Below are positions 30,269 through 39,244 of a stretch of DNA of 64,000 bases, one piece after another. Position numbers and translations under genes: made by a program. Position 1 is the stretch's first letter; each line of letters starts with the position of its first letter. The notes beneath the pieces are model-generated. The model did not search any database. It worked only from the letters and a program-made list of their open reading frames with translations, and was not told the origin of the DNA. Source of the stretch: Asticcacaulis sp. (GTDB lineage: Bacteria > Pseudomonadota > Alphaproteobacteria > Caulobacterales > Caulobacteraceae); assembly GCF_051954415.1 (NCBI RefSeq), contig NZ_JBQCHT010000010.1, forward strand, positions 2,100 to 66,099, given 5' to 3'.

Positions 30269-31762
30269 ATGAGCCAGAAGTCCGAAACCCCTCAAAAAAC
30301 CGATATTCCCGAAACTGATGTCCTTGTCGCAACGCCGGTTAAAGACCGCCGTGACAATGAAGAGATCGATGCCGAGCTGATCACGCCGGAACAGATCGAG
30401 GATTTTGCCCTAAAGGACGATTACGCCCTTAATCCGCAATATATTTCGCTGGTCATCGATGCCGCCGATCGCGGTGACGGCCTGCGCCTGCGCGAACTGC
30501 TCGATGCCCTGCATTACGCCGATATCGCTGACCTGCTGGGCTTCCTGTCGGAAGATTACCGCGAGGAGGTCATTCCGTGGATTCCGTCCGACGCCCTGGC
30601 TGATATCCTGCCGGAACTCGATGACGATATCCGTGAGGAAGTCATTGAGAGTATGCACACGGCCGATATCGCCGAGGTGCTGCAGGAACTGGATTCCGAC
30701 GACGCCGCCGCCGTTTTCGAGGATCTGGAGGAAGACCAGCAGAAGGCGGTCCTGGCCGCCATGCCGGAATCCGAGCGCGAGGCCATCGTCACGTCGCTCG
30801 CCTATGAGGAAGAAACCGCCGGTCGTCTGATGCAGCGCGAAGTTATGGCCGCGCCCAGTTTCTGGACCGTGGGTCACGCTATAGACCATATGCGCGAAGC
30901 CGGCGACGACCTGCCGGAACTGTTCTTCGACATCTATGTCATCGATCCCTCGCACAAGCCGGTGGGCGCCGTGCCGGTATCGGTGCTGATGCGGACCAAA
31001 CGCGACATGGTGCTGTCAGCGCTCATGGACCCGACGACGGAAATCACCGTCGACATGGACCAGGAAGAGGTGGCCTACATCTTCGAGAAGTACCACCTGA
31101 TCTCAGCGCCGGTGGTGGATGCCTCCGGCCGGCTGGTCGGGCAGATTACGGTCGACGACATCGTTAACATCATCCAGGCGGAAAACCGCGAAGACATCCT
31201 GGCGCTCGGTGGTGTGTCGGATATCGAGGGGCGCGACACCGACATCATGGCGATGGTGAAATCACGCCTGCCGTGGCTGCTGATCAATCTGGTGACGGCC
31301 TTTGCCTCGGTGACTGTGATCAACGCCTTCCAGGGCGAGATTGTCAAGATGGTCGTGCTGGCCACCTTGATGCCGATTGTGGCGTCGATCGGCGGCAATT
31401 TCGGCACCCAGGCCCTGACCGTGGCCGTGCGGGCGCTGTCGGCCCGCGAACTGACCGCGGCGAATGCCATGCGTACCCTGGGGCGCGAGATTCTGTCTGG
31501 CCTGCTGATCGGCGGCTGTGTTGGCCTGGGGCTGGCGGGCGTAGTGCTGGTCTTCTGGCATGATTACAGGCTGGCGGGGGTTATTGCGGGGGCGACCGTG
31601 ATCAATTTCACCATGGCGGCCCTGGGGGGCACCCTGATACCGATGGGCGCCTCCAGGATGGGGATGGACCCGGCCGGGGCCTCGCCGATTTTCGTGACTT
31701 TGGTGACGGATTTCTGCGGCTATTTCAGTTTCCTGGGTCTGGCTGCCATAATCCTCTTGTAA
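30269..31762 (+). CDS. mgtE: Magnesium transporter MgtE
   Basis: It has an acidic N-domain, two CBS domains, and 5 TM segments with GNFGTQ. Confidence 0.92.
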   Translation: MSQKSETPQKTDIPETDVLVATPVKDRRDNEEIDAELITPEQIEDFALKDDYALNPQYISLVIDAADRGDGLRLRELLDALHYADIADLLGFLSEDYREEVIPWIPSDALADILPELDDDIREEVIESMHTADIAEVLQELDSDDAAAVFEDLEEDQQKAVLAAMPESEREAIVTSLAYEEETAGRLMQREVMAAPSFWTVGHAIDHMREAGDDLPELFFDIYVIDPSHKPVGAVPVSVLMRTKRDMVLSALMDPTTEITVDMDQEEVAYIFEKYHLISAPVVDASGRLVGQITVDDIVNIIQAENREDILALGGVSDIEGRDTDIMAMVKSRLPWLLINLVTAFASVTVINAFQGEIVKMVVLATLMPIVASIGGNFGTQALTVAVRALSARELTAANAMRTLGREILSGLLIGGCVGLGLAGVVLVFWHDYRLAGVIAGATVINFTMAALGGTLIPMGASRMGMDPAGASPIFVTLVTDFCGYFSFLGLAAIILL

Positions 31763-31904
31763 ATCTTAAATGGTCTGTGGTTTGCTAGATTGGAACACAA
31801 GGCTCGAAAACTGTCTTGTTTTGGGGCAATCGGGCGGTTGCCGCCTGTGGTGTTCGGCCCTGTGATGTTCAGTCTGGGGCCAGGTTCAGGGACTGGGATT
31901 ACGG

Positions 31905-34241
31905 ATGAGAGCGCGTCAAAAAGTCTCCCGCGCGGGGGTCGAGCTCATCAAGAGTTTTGAAGGGCTGCGTACAACCGCGGCCCGTTTGCCCGATGGTCGC
32001 TGGACCCTGGGCTATGGTCATACCTTTTCCGCTCGTGAAGGCGCCCGCGTCACGCAGGAAGATGCCGATGCCCTGTTGCGCTTCGACCTGCTGCCGGTGG
32101 TGGACGCCATCAACAATCTGGTGCTCGTGCCGCTGAATCAGAACCAGTTCGATGCGCTGGTGTCCTTCTGTTTCAATATCGGCGCTGAGAATTTTGCCCA
32201 GTCAACCGTGCTCAAGCGCATCAATGAAGGGCGTTACGCCGAAGCCGCCCTGGCCATGGATAGCTGGCGTTCGGCTGAATTCAACGGCCAGACCTATGTG
32301 CTGGCGCCGCTGATCCGCCGCCGTGCCGCCGAAAAGGATCTGTTCCTGACGCCCGAAGACATCAGCCACCAGGCCGCCACGCTCGGCCGGCCGGTTGAAG
32401 ATGTGCCGCCGTCACCGGTTGCCGCTCCTGAGGCCAGCTATATCAATCCGTATGCCTCGCCGGCCCCGGCCGCAGCAGAACGCCAGGTCATCGACTTAGG
32501 CACGCCTGCGCCGGCGGAAACCGTTGTGGAAAGCCTACCCCAGGGCTTTGCCGGTACACCGGTGCCTCCGGCTGCGCCAGAAGCCAGAACGAGCATAGAT
32601 ATTCAGGCCGCCATCGCCCGTGCCCAGGACGAACAAAGGCGCCTGGAAGAGGCGCAGCGGGCAGAGGCCCTGCGCGCGGAAGCCCTGCGTATCGAAGCCG
32701 AGCGGGCTGAAGCCCAAAGACTCGAATCCCAAAGACTCGAAACTCAGCGGCTTGAAATGCAGAGAGAGGCCGAGGCCCTGGCGGCGGCTCGTGCCGCCGA
32801 AGCGGCGCGCATTCAGGAACAACAACGGCTTGAAGCCGCGCGTATCGAGCAGGCCCAACTTGAACAGGCCAGACTTGAACAGGCCAGACTTGAACAAGAA
32901 CGCCTTGAGCAGTGGCGTATGGAGCAGGCCCGTATCGAAGCGGAGCAGGCCGAGGCCGCCCGTCTGGCTTCCATTCGCGCCGAAGCCGTGCGCCAGGAGC
33001 AGATAAGGCTCGAACAGGTCCGTCTGGAACAGGCGCGCATCGAAGCGGAACGACTGGAACGCGAACGCCTGGAAACGGAGCGTCTGGAAGCCGAACGCGC
33101 GGAGGCGGAGCGTCTCGAAAGCGAACGCCAGGAAAAGATACGTCAGGAGCAGGCCCGTCAGGCCGCCGAACGCGCGCAAGCGGAGCAGGCCCGTCTTGAG
33201 CAAGCCAAACTTGAACAAGCCCGCCTTGAGCAGGAAAAGCGGGATCGGGAAGTGGTGGTGCAACCGGCGCCTCCGGCCGATGATGAAGCGGAAAAGGCGC
33301 GCAAGGCCGAAGCCGCGGCTGCCCTGATGCGGCTGTACTCGCCTTATGGCGGCGGCAATCTGGGGCGCCCGCTGGCCGGGCCTTTCCCAAAGCCGGCGCC
33401 GGAAACGCAATCTGCACCACAATCTGCACCGCAACCCACCCCAGTGGCACCACCGGCGGCACAGCCAGGCCCCGAATTCACCAATCACAGCGTCATTTCG
33501 CCTTCGAGCGCTGAATCGGCGCCATTTGAAATCTCGTCGCGCGCGGAAGCTGTGTCAGAAACCCCTGAGCCGGAAGCAGCGCCGACGGTGGTGGATTTCA
33601 GCCCGATCGGTTCGGCCTCGACCATGCCGCCGCCGGTGATTACCGCCCTGAATCCTTACGCAAAGCCGATCCCGGCCGCCGCCCCTGTAATCGCGGCGGC
33701 GACGGAAACCCTGGTCGAAGTCCCGCGTCCCGCGCCGGTCGATCTGTCGGCGCCGTCAAATGCGCCGATTGCGGCCGAAATCGGCGGCCTGCACTGGCGC
33801 GAACAGCTCCAGCGCCCGCTGCCGCAGGATTACCAGGCGCCCCAGGCAACGCCGCAACGGGCGGAGCCGGAGCAACCTTTCCTGCGCGCTGGCCCGTCAT
33901 CGAATTTCCAGACCGCAGCCTATGAGGATGACAACGAGTCCTGGATGATGAACGGCGATCGCATCGCCCTGTCCGCCGAGGAGACAGATGAGCCGCATGA
34001 GACCCTGTGGCAGATGATCATGAAGACGCTGTGGCTCATCACCATCAGTGGTATCGGCCTGGGTTGCCTCGGTGCCGCGACGGGCGCCTGGTGGCAGGCG
34101 ACGCATGATCAGACCGTCATCCGCAACGGCATGGTTGATACCTATACCTTTATTTCCATCGGCACCGCCGCGCTGGGCATCCTGTTTGTTTCGATTTCGG
34201 TGTGGCTGATCCTGAAACGGCTTGGCGGTTTGAAGGACTGA
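31905..34241 (+). CDS. GH24 (phage-type) lysozyme domain fused to an E/R/A/Q/L repeat helix, a Pro-rich region and a C-terminal TM hairpin
   Basis: The N-terminus has GVELIKSFEGLRTTAARLPDGRWTLGYGHT. There are about 205 aa of xRLEx pentads. Two hydrophobic helices lie near the C-terminus. Confidence 0.85.
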   Translation: MRARQKVSRAGVELIKSFEGLRTTAARLPDGRWTLGYGHTFSAREGARVTQEDADALLRFDLLPVVDAINNLVLVPLNQNQFDALVSFCFNIGAENFAQSTVLKRINEGRYAEAALAMDSWRSAEFNGQTYVLAPLIRRRAAEKDLFLTPEDISHQAATLGRPVEDVPPSPVAAPEASYINPYASPAPAAAERQVIDLGTPAPAETVVESLPQGFAGTPVPPAAPEARTSIDIQAAIARAQDEQRRLEEAQRAEALRAEALRIEAERAEAQRLESQRLETQRLEMQREAEALAAARAAEAARIQEQQRLEAARIEQAQLEQARLEQARLEQERLEQWRMEQARIEAEQAEAARLASIRAEAVRQEQIRLEQVRLEQARIEAERLERERLETERLEAERAEAERLESERQEKIRQEQARQAAERAQAEQARLEQAKLEQARLEQEKRDREVVVQPAPPADDEAEKARKAEAAAALMRLYSPYGGGNLGRPLAGPFPKPAPETQSAPQSAPQPTPVAPPAAQPGPEFTNHSVISPSSAESAPFEISSRAEAVSETPEPEAAPTVVDFSPIGSASTMPPPVITALNPYAKPIPAAAPVIAAATETLVEVPRPAPVDLSAPSNAPIAAEIGGLHWREQLQRPLPQDYQAPQATPQRAEPEQPFLRAGPSSNFQTAAYEDDNESWMMNGDRIALSAEETDEPHETLWQMIMKTLWLITISGIGLGCLGAATGAWWQATHDQTVIRNGMVDTYTFISIGTAALGILFVSISVWLILKRLGGLKD
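32620..33240 (+). repeat. In-frame degenerate 15-bp tandem repeats encoding (A/Q/E)RLE(Q/A/S) pentads
   Basis: Examples are cttgaacaggccaga x2 at 32859-32888 and caaagactcgaa(t/a)c x2 near 32715. Confidence 0.85.
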
Positions 34242-34297
34242 TTTAGCTCAAGCGCCGCATGGCTCCTCGCAAAAGCTCGGGCGGGCGGTCGCCCTTG

Positions 34298-34329
34298 CCA
34301 AATATCGAGAGATATTTGGAGTTTTATTT
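34298..34329 (+). terminator. Terminator of the lysozyme-fusion gene
   Basis: CCAAATATC-gaga-GATATTTGG is followed by AGTTTTATTT. The U-tract overlaps the stop of the convergent patatin gene. Confidence 0.6.
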
Positions 34330-36171
34330 CCGTGCCAGCTTCGCCGGCGGCTCGACGGCGGTTGCCATATAGCTGTCATCCGGCGTGAAGGCCGGAATAT
34401 TCGGGTGTACGCTCTTGCCCAGCTTGCGCAGGGTCGTCACCGGCGAATCCAGTTGCGCCAGGGTGGCCACGGTCGTCTGGTAACCGCTCTCCACCGCCTT
34501 GTCATAGGCTTTCCAGTCACGGATCTCGACGCCTTCCGGTTCCGGGATGATCAGCAGGTCGGTGGCGGCGCGTGAAAGCGCCAGGTCGGCGGCGGTGATA
34601 ATGGTGGCCGAGCGCATCATGACCGAAACAATGGGCGGTCCTCGACGCCAGTCGCCCTTGGCAAACCACGAGCCGAGGTTTTTCGGAATGACCAAGGCCC
34701 GCGGGTCCAGGCCGCGCGCCCGCGTGACATCGACGCCGATGACCGTGCCCAGGTGCGTATTGCGCATCATGGTGGCGGGGAAGGAGCGCATCACCGCGCC
34801 ATCGACCAGCACTTCGCCATCTTCCACCACCGGCGGCAGGACGCCTGGCAGGGAAATGGAAGCCCTGAGGGCGCGGCGCAGCGTTCCGGTCTTGTGGACC
34901 TTCAGTACGCCCGTTGTCAGGTTGGAGGACAGGCAGAAGAAGGGGATGGGCATGTCCTCGATCTGGACATCGCCGAAATGCTTCTCCAGCCGTTTGTCGA
35001 CCTTGGCGCCGGATACCATCGAGATAAACGGCATGACGATGTCATCGAGCGGCGAGGAATTGACGAAGGCATCGCGGATACGCCAGTCGATTTCGGCTTC
35101 GTCCCAGCCGAGTGCCAGGCTTGCCGCGAGAATGGCGCCCATGGACGACCCGCAGACGAAATCGACCGGGATATGCGCCTCGCGCAGGGCCTGAATGGCC
35201 CCGATTTCCGAAAAGGCGCGCGCCCCTCCGCCGGAAAAGACGATGCCGACACTATGGCCGGTGACAATGCGCGCCAGGCGGGCGGCATCATTGACATTGT
35301 CGGGATGCGTATGGAACCAGCGCGTCGGCTCGATGACATTCAGCCAGGCTTTTGTGCGGCCAGGGATATGCGGCCGGATGTCGTTCGGATAGAGCAGGAT
35401 CAGGTCGGGTGCGCGGTGGAGCAGTGATTTCTCCCAGGCGCTGGCCAGGGCGTCGGGCGGCCGTTCGGCATTGGCCAGCAGGAACACATGGTCGACCTGG
35501 CGGGCGCTCAGGAGCCGCCAGTGGCTTTCATGGCATTCGGCGACATGCAGCACATAATCGTTCTCGGCCTCGATCTGGCTGAAGGCTTCGGGCGCGGTGC
35601 CGTGGAACGTCTTGTCGATGATGGCCACCGTGTAGCCGAGTGCGCGTATCTGCACGGCGATGCGCTCGATCAGCGGGCGGATTGGCTGGTCGCATATGGC
35701 GTAGAAGGCAAAGACATTGGGCGTGACATTGGGTGTTTCGCGCCGGGCGCGCTCGATCATCTTGCGGGCCAGGGCGAGCGTCAGTTCGGGGCGCGATTCC
35801 ATGGCGGCGAAGAAGGCATCGCGCGGCATGGCCAGCAGGTCGGAATCACGCAGGGCCATCACCGTGGAGCTATGCGAGGTTCCGGCGATCAGCGACATTT
35901 CACCGACCGGTTCGCCCGGTCGGATAATGCCGATCAACGACAGTTCGTCGTGGTCCTCATCATGGCGGAAGGCACCCAGCCGGCCGGAACGCAGCAGATA
36001 GAGGTGGTCGGAGTCATCGCCGGCGCTGAACAGGCGCGATCCGCCAGGCAGGGAAATCAGGCTGGCGCTCTGGCCCAGGGCCGTGCCGAACAGGCTTTCC
36101 AGCGCCGCTTGCAGGGAGGGAGTGTCCTTGGCCATCCGTAAACGCAAAACCTCATTATCGCCGGTACGCAC
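34324..36171 (-). CDS. Cyclic-nucleotide-binding domain plus patatin-like phospholipase
   Basis: The cNMP motif is GEPVGEMSLIAG...ALRDS. The patatin motifs are GGGARAF, GSSMGA and DGA. The start is a GTG at 36171 or an ATG at 36135. Confidence 0.85.
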   Translation of the reverse strand: MRTGDNEVLRLRMAKDTPSLQAALESLFGTALGQSASLISLPGGSRLFSAGDDSDHLYLLRSGRLGAFRHDEDHDELSLIGIIRPGEPVGEMSLIAGTSHSSTVMALRDSDLLAMPRDAFFAAMESRPELTLALARKMIERARRETPNVTPNVFAFYAICDQPIRPLIERIAVQIRALGYTVAIIDKTFHGTAPEAFSQIEAENDYVLHVAECHESHWRLLSARQVDHVFLLANAERPPDALASAWEKSLLHRAPDLILLYPNDIRPHIPGRTKAWLNVIEPTRWFHTHPDNVNDAARLARIVTGHSVGIVFSGGGARAFSEIGAIQALREAHIPVDFVCGSSMGAILAASLALGWDEAEIDWRIRDAFVNSSPLDDIVMPFISMVSGAKVDKRLEKHFGDVQIEDMPIPFFCLSSNLTTGVLKVHKTGTLRRALRASISLPGVLPPVVEDGEVLVDGAVMRSFPATMMRNTHLGTVIGVDVTRARGLDPRALVIPKNLGSWFAKGDWRRGPPIVSVMMRSATIITAADLALSRAATDLLIIPEPEGVEIRDWKAYDKAVESGYQTTVATLAQLDSPVTTLRKLGKSVHPNIPAFTPDDSYMATAVEPPAKLARK

Positions 36172-36248
36172 TTTAACTATAGAAGTGCGCCCGATTTGCT
36201 TCTAAATATTTAAGCTTCTTTTTTAACGGTGTTAAGGCCCCAGTCCCT

Positions 36249-36638
36249 TTGAGTGACATTCATCTGGTAAAATTATGCGTCGGCGCCGATAGCCTCGATG
36301 ACCTGCTGCGCTGGGAAAAAGCGCGCGGGGAAATCTCCTATATCCACACGCGCAACCGCCCGACGCGCTGGGAAGAACTGCTGGACGGTGGTTCGCTCTA
36401 TTGGGTGATCAAGGGTGTGATCCTGTGCCGGCGCGAGATCGTTTCGTTCGACGAGGAGGCCGATCACTGGCGGATTGGTTTGCGGACGAAGAACATCCTG
36501 ACCGAGGCCCAACCGCGCCGCGCTTTCCAGGGCTGGCGGTATCTGAAGCCTGAAGACGCGCCGCGCGATATCATTGAAGGGGAGACAGACCTGCCGGCGG
36601 ATATGATGAAGGCGCTGAAGGAAGCGGGTGTGTGGTAG
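36249..36638 (+). CDS. DUF1489-family protein
   Basis: The sequence has HLVKLCVGADSLDDLLRWE...YWVIKG. It appears to start at a TTG. Confidence 0.65.
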   Translation: MSDIHLVKLCVGADSLDDLLRWEKARGEISYIHTRNRPTRWEELLDGGSLYWVIKGVILCRREIVSFDEEADHWRIGLRTKNILTEAQPRRAFQGWRYLKPEDAPRDIIEGETDLPADMMKALKEAGVW

Positions 36639-36653
36639 GTAACATACAGTGTG

Positions 36654-36682
36654 TTTACCTTTGCGTGTAAATGTGATATATT
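36654..36682 (+). promoter_or_regulatory. Putative promoter of the TA pair (TTTACC-N17-TATATT) with a short TTTAC/GTAAA inverted repeat
   Basis: The hexamers and the inverted repeat were seen directly upstream of the antitoxin SD (GGAG). Confidence 0.4.
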
Positions 36683-36704
36683 GCGCGCAAATGGAGATTT
36701 CGTA

Positions 36705-37127
36705 ATGAGTAAGTACGATCCACTGGAAGATTACCTGAAGCAGAGCGGTGATGAAGTTCCGATGGGTTTTTCGGAAATCGAGCACGTGCTTGGGTTTGAG
36801 CTGCCGCCCAGTTCGCGCAGACAGCGGGCGTGGTGGAGCAACAATACCAGCAATAACGTCATGACGCGCGCCTGGATCGACGCCGGCTTTGAAACGGCAG
36901 AGGTCGATATGGCCGCTGAAAAACTGACCTTCAAACGCACAAAGAAGCCCGCCATGAAATCGTTTGTAAAAACCGCGCCGAGCCATCCGGACTATGTCAA
37001 GGTGCATCCGGCCTGGGGTGCCATGAAGGGGATGCTGACGATCCCGAAGGATCTCGACCTGACACAGCCGGCCGATCCGGATTGGGCTGATTTCCTGGAT
37101 GAAAAATACGGCCGTCCGCGTGGATAG
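36705..37127 (+). CDS. Atypical two-part antitoxin (N-terminal SKYDPLEDYL...RRQRAWWSN domain plus C-terminal VapB-like tail)
   Basis: Its stop overlaps the VapC start (GTGGATAG). The C-terminal GAMKGMLTIPKDLDLTQPADPDWADF resembles toxin-binding tails of VapB-type antitoxins. Confidence 0.6.
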   Translation: MSKYDPLEDYLKQSGDEVPMGFSEIEHVLGFELPPSSRRQRAWWSNNTSNNVMTRAWIDAGFETAEVDMAAEKLTFKRTKKPAMKSFVKTAPSHPDYVKVHPAWGAMKGMLTIPKDLDLTQPADPDWADFLDEKYGRPRG

Positions 37128-37536
37128 GCCGCTTCTGCTCGATACCTGCGCCGCCATCTGGTTGATGGAACGGGCCGCCTTCTCCAGGGAAAGCATGGCT
37201 GCCATGGTTGCCGCCTATGAGCGCGGCGAAAACCTGTTGGTGTCGCCAATTACGGCGTGGGAAATGGGTTTGCTCGTTTCACGCGGGCGTATCCCATCGG
37301 TGACCAGTCCGGGCGCGTGGTTTAAGAGCCTTCTGGCCACTGAGGCCATGGAGCTGGCGAAGATGACACCGGAAACCTTAATCGCTTCATCCGGCTTACC
37401 CGGAAAATTGCACCGCGATCCAGCCGACCGCATTATTATTGCCACCGCCCGCGAACTGGGCATGACCATCGTGACGCGCGACCGACTTATACTGGACTAC
37501 GCCGCGCAGGGGCATGTTTCCGCACTGGCCTGTTAG
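37120..37536 (+). CDS. vapC: PIN-domain toxin VapC
   Basis: The sequence has LLLDTCAAIW...PADRIIIATARELGMTIVTRD. The start is a GTG at 37120 or an ATG at 37099. Confidence 0.85.
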   Translation: MDRPLLLDTCAAIWLMERAAFSRESMAAMVAAYERGENLLVSPITAWEMGLLVSRGRIPSVTSPGAWFKSLLATEAMELAKMTPETLIASSGLPGKLHRDPADRIIIATARELGMTIVTRDRLILDYAAQGHVSALAC

Positions 37537-37547
37537 GCGACCACGGT

Positions 37548-38390
37548 CTAAACCGCGAGATTATCGATCAGGCGGGTCTTGCCGAGCCACAGAGCGGCGA
37601 GCAGGCGGCGCGATTTGGTTTCTGGCGTGATCTCGCCCAGCGTATCGGCGTCCCGCAGGGCGATATAGTCGACCTGGCCGAAACCGGCAGCTTGCAGCTC
37701 TATCTTGGCGGTATCGATCGTCATACGACCGTCGCGGATAGCTTCCAGCGCCTGATGCAGTTTCGGGGCGATGGCGCGTTCTTCCGGAGAGAGGTAGGCG
37801 TTGCGCGAGGAGAGGGCGAGGCCATCGGCTTCGCGCACGGTCGGCATCCCGACGATCTCGATGCCCATGTCAAAGTCGCGCACCATGGCGCGGACAACGG
37901 CCAGTTGCTGGAAGTCCTTTTCGCCGAAAACGGCCACGTCTGGCCGCACCTGGTTGAACAGCTTGGAGACCACCGTTGCGACGCCGGAGAAAAATTGCGG
38001 GCGGAAGTCGGTTTCCAGGCCAAGCGCCGGGCCGGCCATTTCGATCCGGCTGACGAAGTTTTTCGGATAGAGCACATCGACGGTCGGCAGATATACCAAA
38101 TCGCAGCCCACGCCTTGCAGGCGGGCGATATCCCCGGCCTCGTCGCGCGGATAACGATCGAGATCCTCAGTAGGGGCGAATTGCAGCGGATTGACGAAGA
38201 TCGACACCACGACCTTGTCGCACAGGGATCTGGCGTGGCGTACCAGTGCCAGATGGCCGTCATGCAGGGCGCCCATGGTGGGGACGAAGCCGATGGTGGC
38301 GCCGCCGGCGCGCAGGGCGGCCAGTTCGGCCTTCAGCGCGGGCAGGGTACGAGCACGGGCGATTTCGAAGGGTTTGGCGGTATCCGGCAT
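37548..38390 (-). CDS. panC: Pantoate--beta-alanine ligase
   Basis: The sequence has GFVPTMGALHDGHLALV...VSIFVNPLQF. Confidence 0.95.
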   Translation of the reverse strand: MPDTAKPFEIARARTLPALKAELAALRAGGATIGFVPTMGALHDGHLALVRHARSLCDKVVVSIFVNPLQFAPTEDLDRYPRDEAGDIARLQGVGCDLVYLPTVDVLYPKNFVSRIEMAGPALGLETDFRPQFFSGVATVVSKLFNQVRPDVAVFGEKDFQQLAVVRAMVRDFDMGIEIVGMPTVREADGLALSSRNAYLSPEERAIAPKLHQALEAIRDGRMTIDTAKIELQAAGFGQVDYIALRDADTLGEITPETKSRRLLAALWLGKTRLIDNLAV

Positions 38391-38575
38391 AAGCGCTTTC
38401 CGAAAAGTGTAACGTACCGCGCCGGCGATCCGGTTTTGGGATTAAAAAGCGCGTATACTAGAAAGATTAGAGCGTTTCGGAAATGGTGATCAGATCGAAA
38501 AAGCTCTAATCACTTGTCCGTTATTAACCATATTCGCTAACCCTATTTTTGCGGGTCTGGCGCATAACCGGCCTT

Positions 38576-39211
38576 ATGACTGATATGGCCCCCCTTCGTA
38601 AAGCTCTCATTTTGTGCGCTGCGGCGATGTGCGCCGTAAGCCTGACCGCCTGCGACAACCAGAATCTCAAGGAATCCCTGGCGAGGATCAAGGAAATTCC
38701 GGTTGATGACAGCGGCGCGAGCCAGTCGGAGGATGCGAAAAGCCTGAGCAAGGAAGACGTGCAACTGGTCGTCAACACCGCCAAGGATCTGACGGTTGGC
38801 AAGGGTGGTCTGCTGCATGACGGCGATGGCCCGATCGCCAGGCCGAAGGTCAGGATCGCCATTGTCGACCCGCTAAAAATGCCGACTGAGGCTAATGCGC
38901 CTCTGAAAACGGAAGGGCCGGTCTCTGCGCCGGCGCCGCAGCCCGTGACGAAGGTGGTGACCACGCGCGGCAATCGCGTCATTCAGGTGGGCTCGTTCGG
39001 GTCGGCGGAAGCGGCTCAGAACGCCTGGCTCGGCCTGCAGGCGCGCTATCCCGGCGTCGAGCAGTATCACCCCGTATACCAGAAAATCACCACCGCTTCC
39101 GGCAAATCCATGGTGCGGCTGAAGGTGGGGCCGGTGGCCAGCGAAGACCAGGCGCATTCGCTCTGCCTGCAACTGGATATCCGCGATAGCTGGTGCAGCA
39201 AGGCCAGCTAG
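38576..39211 (+). CDS. SPOR-domain lipoprotein
   Basis: There is a lipobox (SLTAC). The C-terminus has VIQVGSFGSAEAAQNAW...RLKVGP. Confidence 0.8.
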   Translation: MTDMAPLRKALILCAAAMCAVSLTACDNQNLKESLARIKEIPVDDSGASQSEDAKSLSKEDVQLVVNTAKDLTVGKGGLLHDGDGPIARPKVRIAIVDPLKMPTEANAPLKTEGPVSAPAPQPVTKVVTTRGNRVIQVGSFGSAEAAQNAWLGLQARYPGVEQYHPVYQKITTASGKSMVRLKVGPVASEDQAHSLCLQLDIRDSWCSKAS

Positions 39212-39244
39212 ACCTGAGCTGCGAATTGTGGTGAATAGCCACGC

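Noticed and set aside
32620-33240. Regularly spaced short repeats that could be mistaken for a CRISPR-like array.
   Set aside because: The units are 15 bp, contiguous with no spacers, in frame, and encode the RLE pentad helix of a long ORF. This is not CRISPR architecture.
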